64,000 nt of DNA from Candidatus Eiseniibacteriota bacterium (GTDB taxonomy: Bacteria; Eisenbacteria; RBG-16-71-46): positions 4,000,001 through 4,064,000 of the forward strand of contig OY970342.1 of the NCBI GenBank assembly GCA_963717505.1, given 5' to 3'. Shown here piece by piece: positions 63,108 to 64,000 of the stretch. Below the pieces are notes generated by a model. The model saw only the letters and a list, made by a program, of their open reading frames with translations. It searched no databases and was not told the DNA's origin. Both the position numbers and the translations under genes were made by a program. Positions within the stretch are counted from its first letter, which is position 1. Every line of letters starts with the position of its first letter.

Positions 63108-64000
63108 TCACGCCGCGTCCCACGCGGCGCGCGCAGCTTCGATCGCGCCGGCGGCCCGATGCCCGTTCGCCGCCGCGCACTCTTCGAGCGCGGCGAGCAG
63201 GAGCAGGATGTCCGACAGGTCGTAGCCGCCCATGTGCCCAACACGGAAGATCTTTCCCTTCAGGTGGTCCTGACCCCCGGCGACCACCATGCCGTGCACT
63301 TCGCGCAAGCGCTTGACGTAGAACGAAGCGTCGCCACCGCCGGGCGGTATCAACGAGGTCACCGAGTTGGACGGGCTGCTCGAAAACGTGGAGAAGCCGA
63401 CCGCGCGCGCCCCGGCGCGGAGTGCCTCGCCCAAGCGGCGATGGCGGCGATGCACCTGGTCGAGCCCTTCCTCGCGGATCATGGTCAGCGCTTCCTCGAG
63501 CGCGAGGATCAGGCTCACCGCCGGCGTGTACGGCGACTCGCCGATCGGGGCGCTTTTGCGTGCCTTGCGCAGGTCGAAGTAGAAGCGCGGCAGTCCGCCT
63601 TCGATCGCCGAGGCCGCCCACGGCGCCAGACTCAGCGTGGCGATGCCGGGCGGCACCATCAGCCCCTTCTGCGAGCCGCACACGATCACGTCGACGCCCC
63701 ATTCGTCCTGCGGCAGCGGGTGAACCCCCAGGCTGGTGATTGCGTCGAGCACCAGACGCTTGCCGCGGGCGCGCGTGATCTTGGCGAACGCTTGCACGTC
63801 GTGGATCGCGCCGGTCGAGGTCTCGCTGTGGGTCGCGAACACGGTGGTGATGTCGGGGTCACGCTCGAGTGCCCGCTCGATCAGCCCGGGGTCGACCGCG
63901 TTTCCCCATTCGACGTCGACCGTGTCGTACGGCACGCCGTAGGCCTTGAGGATCGAAGCCCACCGTTCGCCGAACTTGCCGCCGATCACCGCCAGGGCCC
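63108..64000 (-). CDS. Class V PLP aminotransferase (serine/alanine-glyoxylate type; partial)
   Basis: GGKFGERW, HSETSTG, LDAITSLG, GSQKGLMVPPG, PYTPAV, GGQDHLKGKIFRVGHMG. Confidence 0.9.
   Translation of the reverse strand, partial: ALAVIGGKFGERWASILKAYGVPYDTVDVEWGNAVDPGLIERALERDPDITTVFATHSETSTGAIHDVQAFAKITRARGKRLVLDAITSLGVHPLPQDEWGVDVIVCGSQKGLMVPPGIATLSLAPWAASAIEGGLPRFYFDLRKARKSAPIGESPYTPAVSLILALEEALTMIREEGLDQVHRRHRRLGEALRAGARAVGFSTFSSSPSNSVTSLIPPGGGDASFYVKRLREVHGMVVAGGQDHLKGKIFRVGHMGGYDLSDILLLLAALEECAAANGHRAAGAIEAARAAWDAA

Noticed and set aside
5307-63739. Long plus-strand ORFs (e.g. 21286-23226, 28553-31162, 31661-33778, 58525-60228)
   Set aside because: Antisense shadows of GC-rich minus-strand genes, with no recognisable motifs.

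Overview
Very GC-rich diderm bacterial chromosome segment. T9SS C-terminal sorting domains, a PorZ-like protein and a PorT-family barrel point to an FCB-related lineage such as Candidatus Eisenbacteria (inference). Nearly all genes are on the minus strand. Left to right: (i) a partial PorT-family OMP gene and a plus-strand, visibly lower-GC accessory block (tailspike-like beta-helix protein, FG-GAP/T9SS protein, mini beta-helix ORF); (ii) a TPR gene and the dcw cluster mraZ-[STAS]-rsmH-ftsL-ftsI-murE-murF-mraY-murD-ftsW-murG-murC-ftsQ-ftsA-ftsZ; (iii) a ~29 kb surface-glycosylation locus with four GT-C-type membrane proteins (including DUF2723/TMEM260-like and YfhO-like), two polyprenyl-phosphate sugar synthases, two flippase-like proteins, hddA/hddC, an AsnB-type amidotransferase, a GNAT, methyltransferases and a PorZ-like protein; (iv) FMN riboswitch-ribD-ribE-ribBA-ribH-nusB, translationally coupled into the glycosylation locus; (v) an OMP, ychF, an orphan zinc-binding anti-sigma, tRNA-Lys(UUU), purA, serA and a class V aminotransferase. 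Many genes at ~6.9-21.2 kb and ~31.8-49.1 kb are broken by small indels, most likely long-read errors, so their boundaries are approximate. Best leads: an unrecognised ~210-nt structured RNA candidate upstream of purA, the multi-GT-C/PorZ locus, a STAS gene inside the mraZ-rsmH pair, a palindromic repeat whose core also appears in frame inside murE, and an orphan tailspike-like gene behind a poly-C promoter tract.
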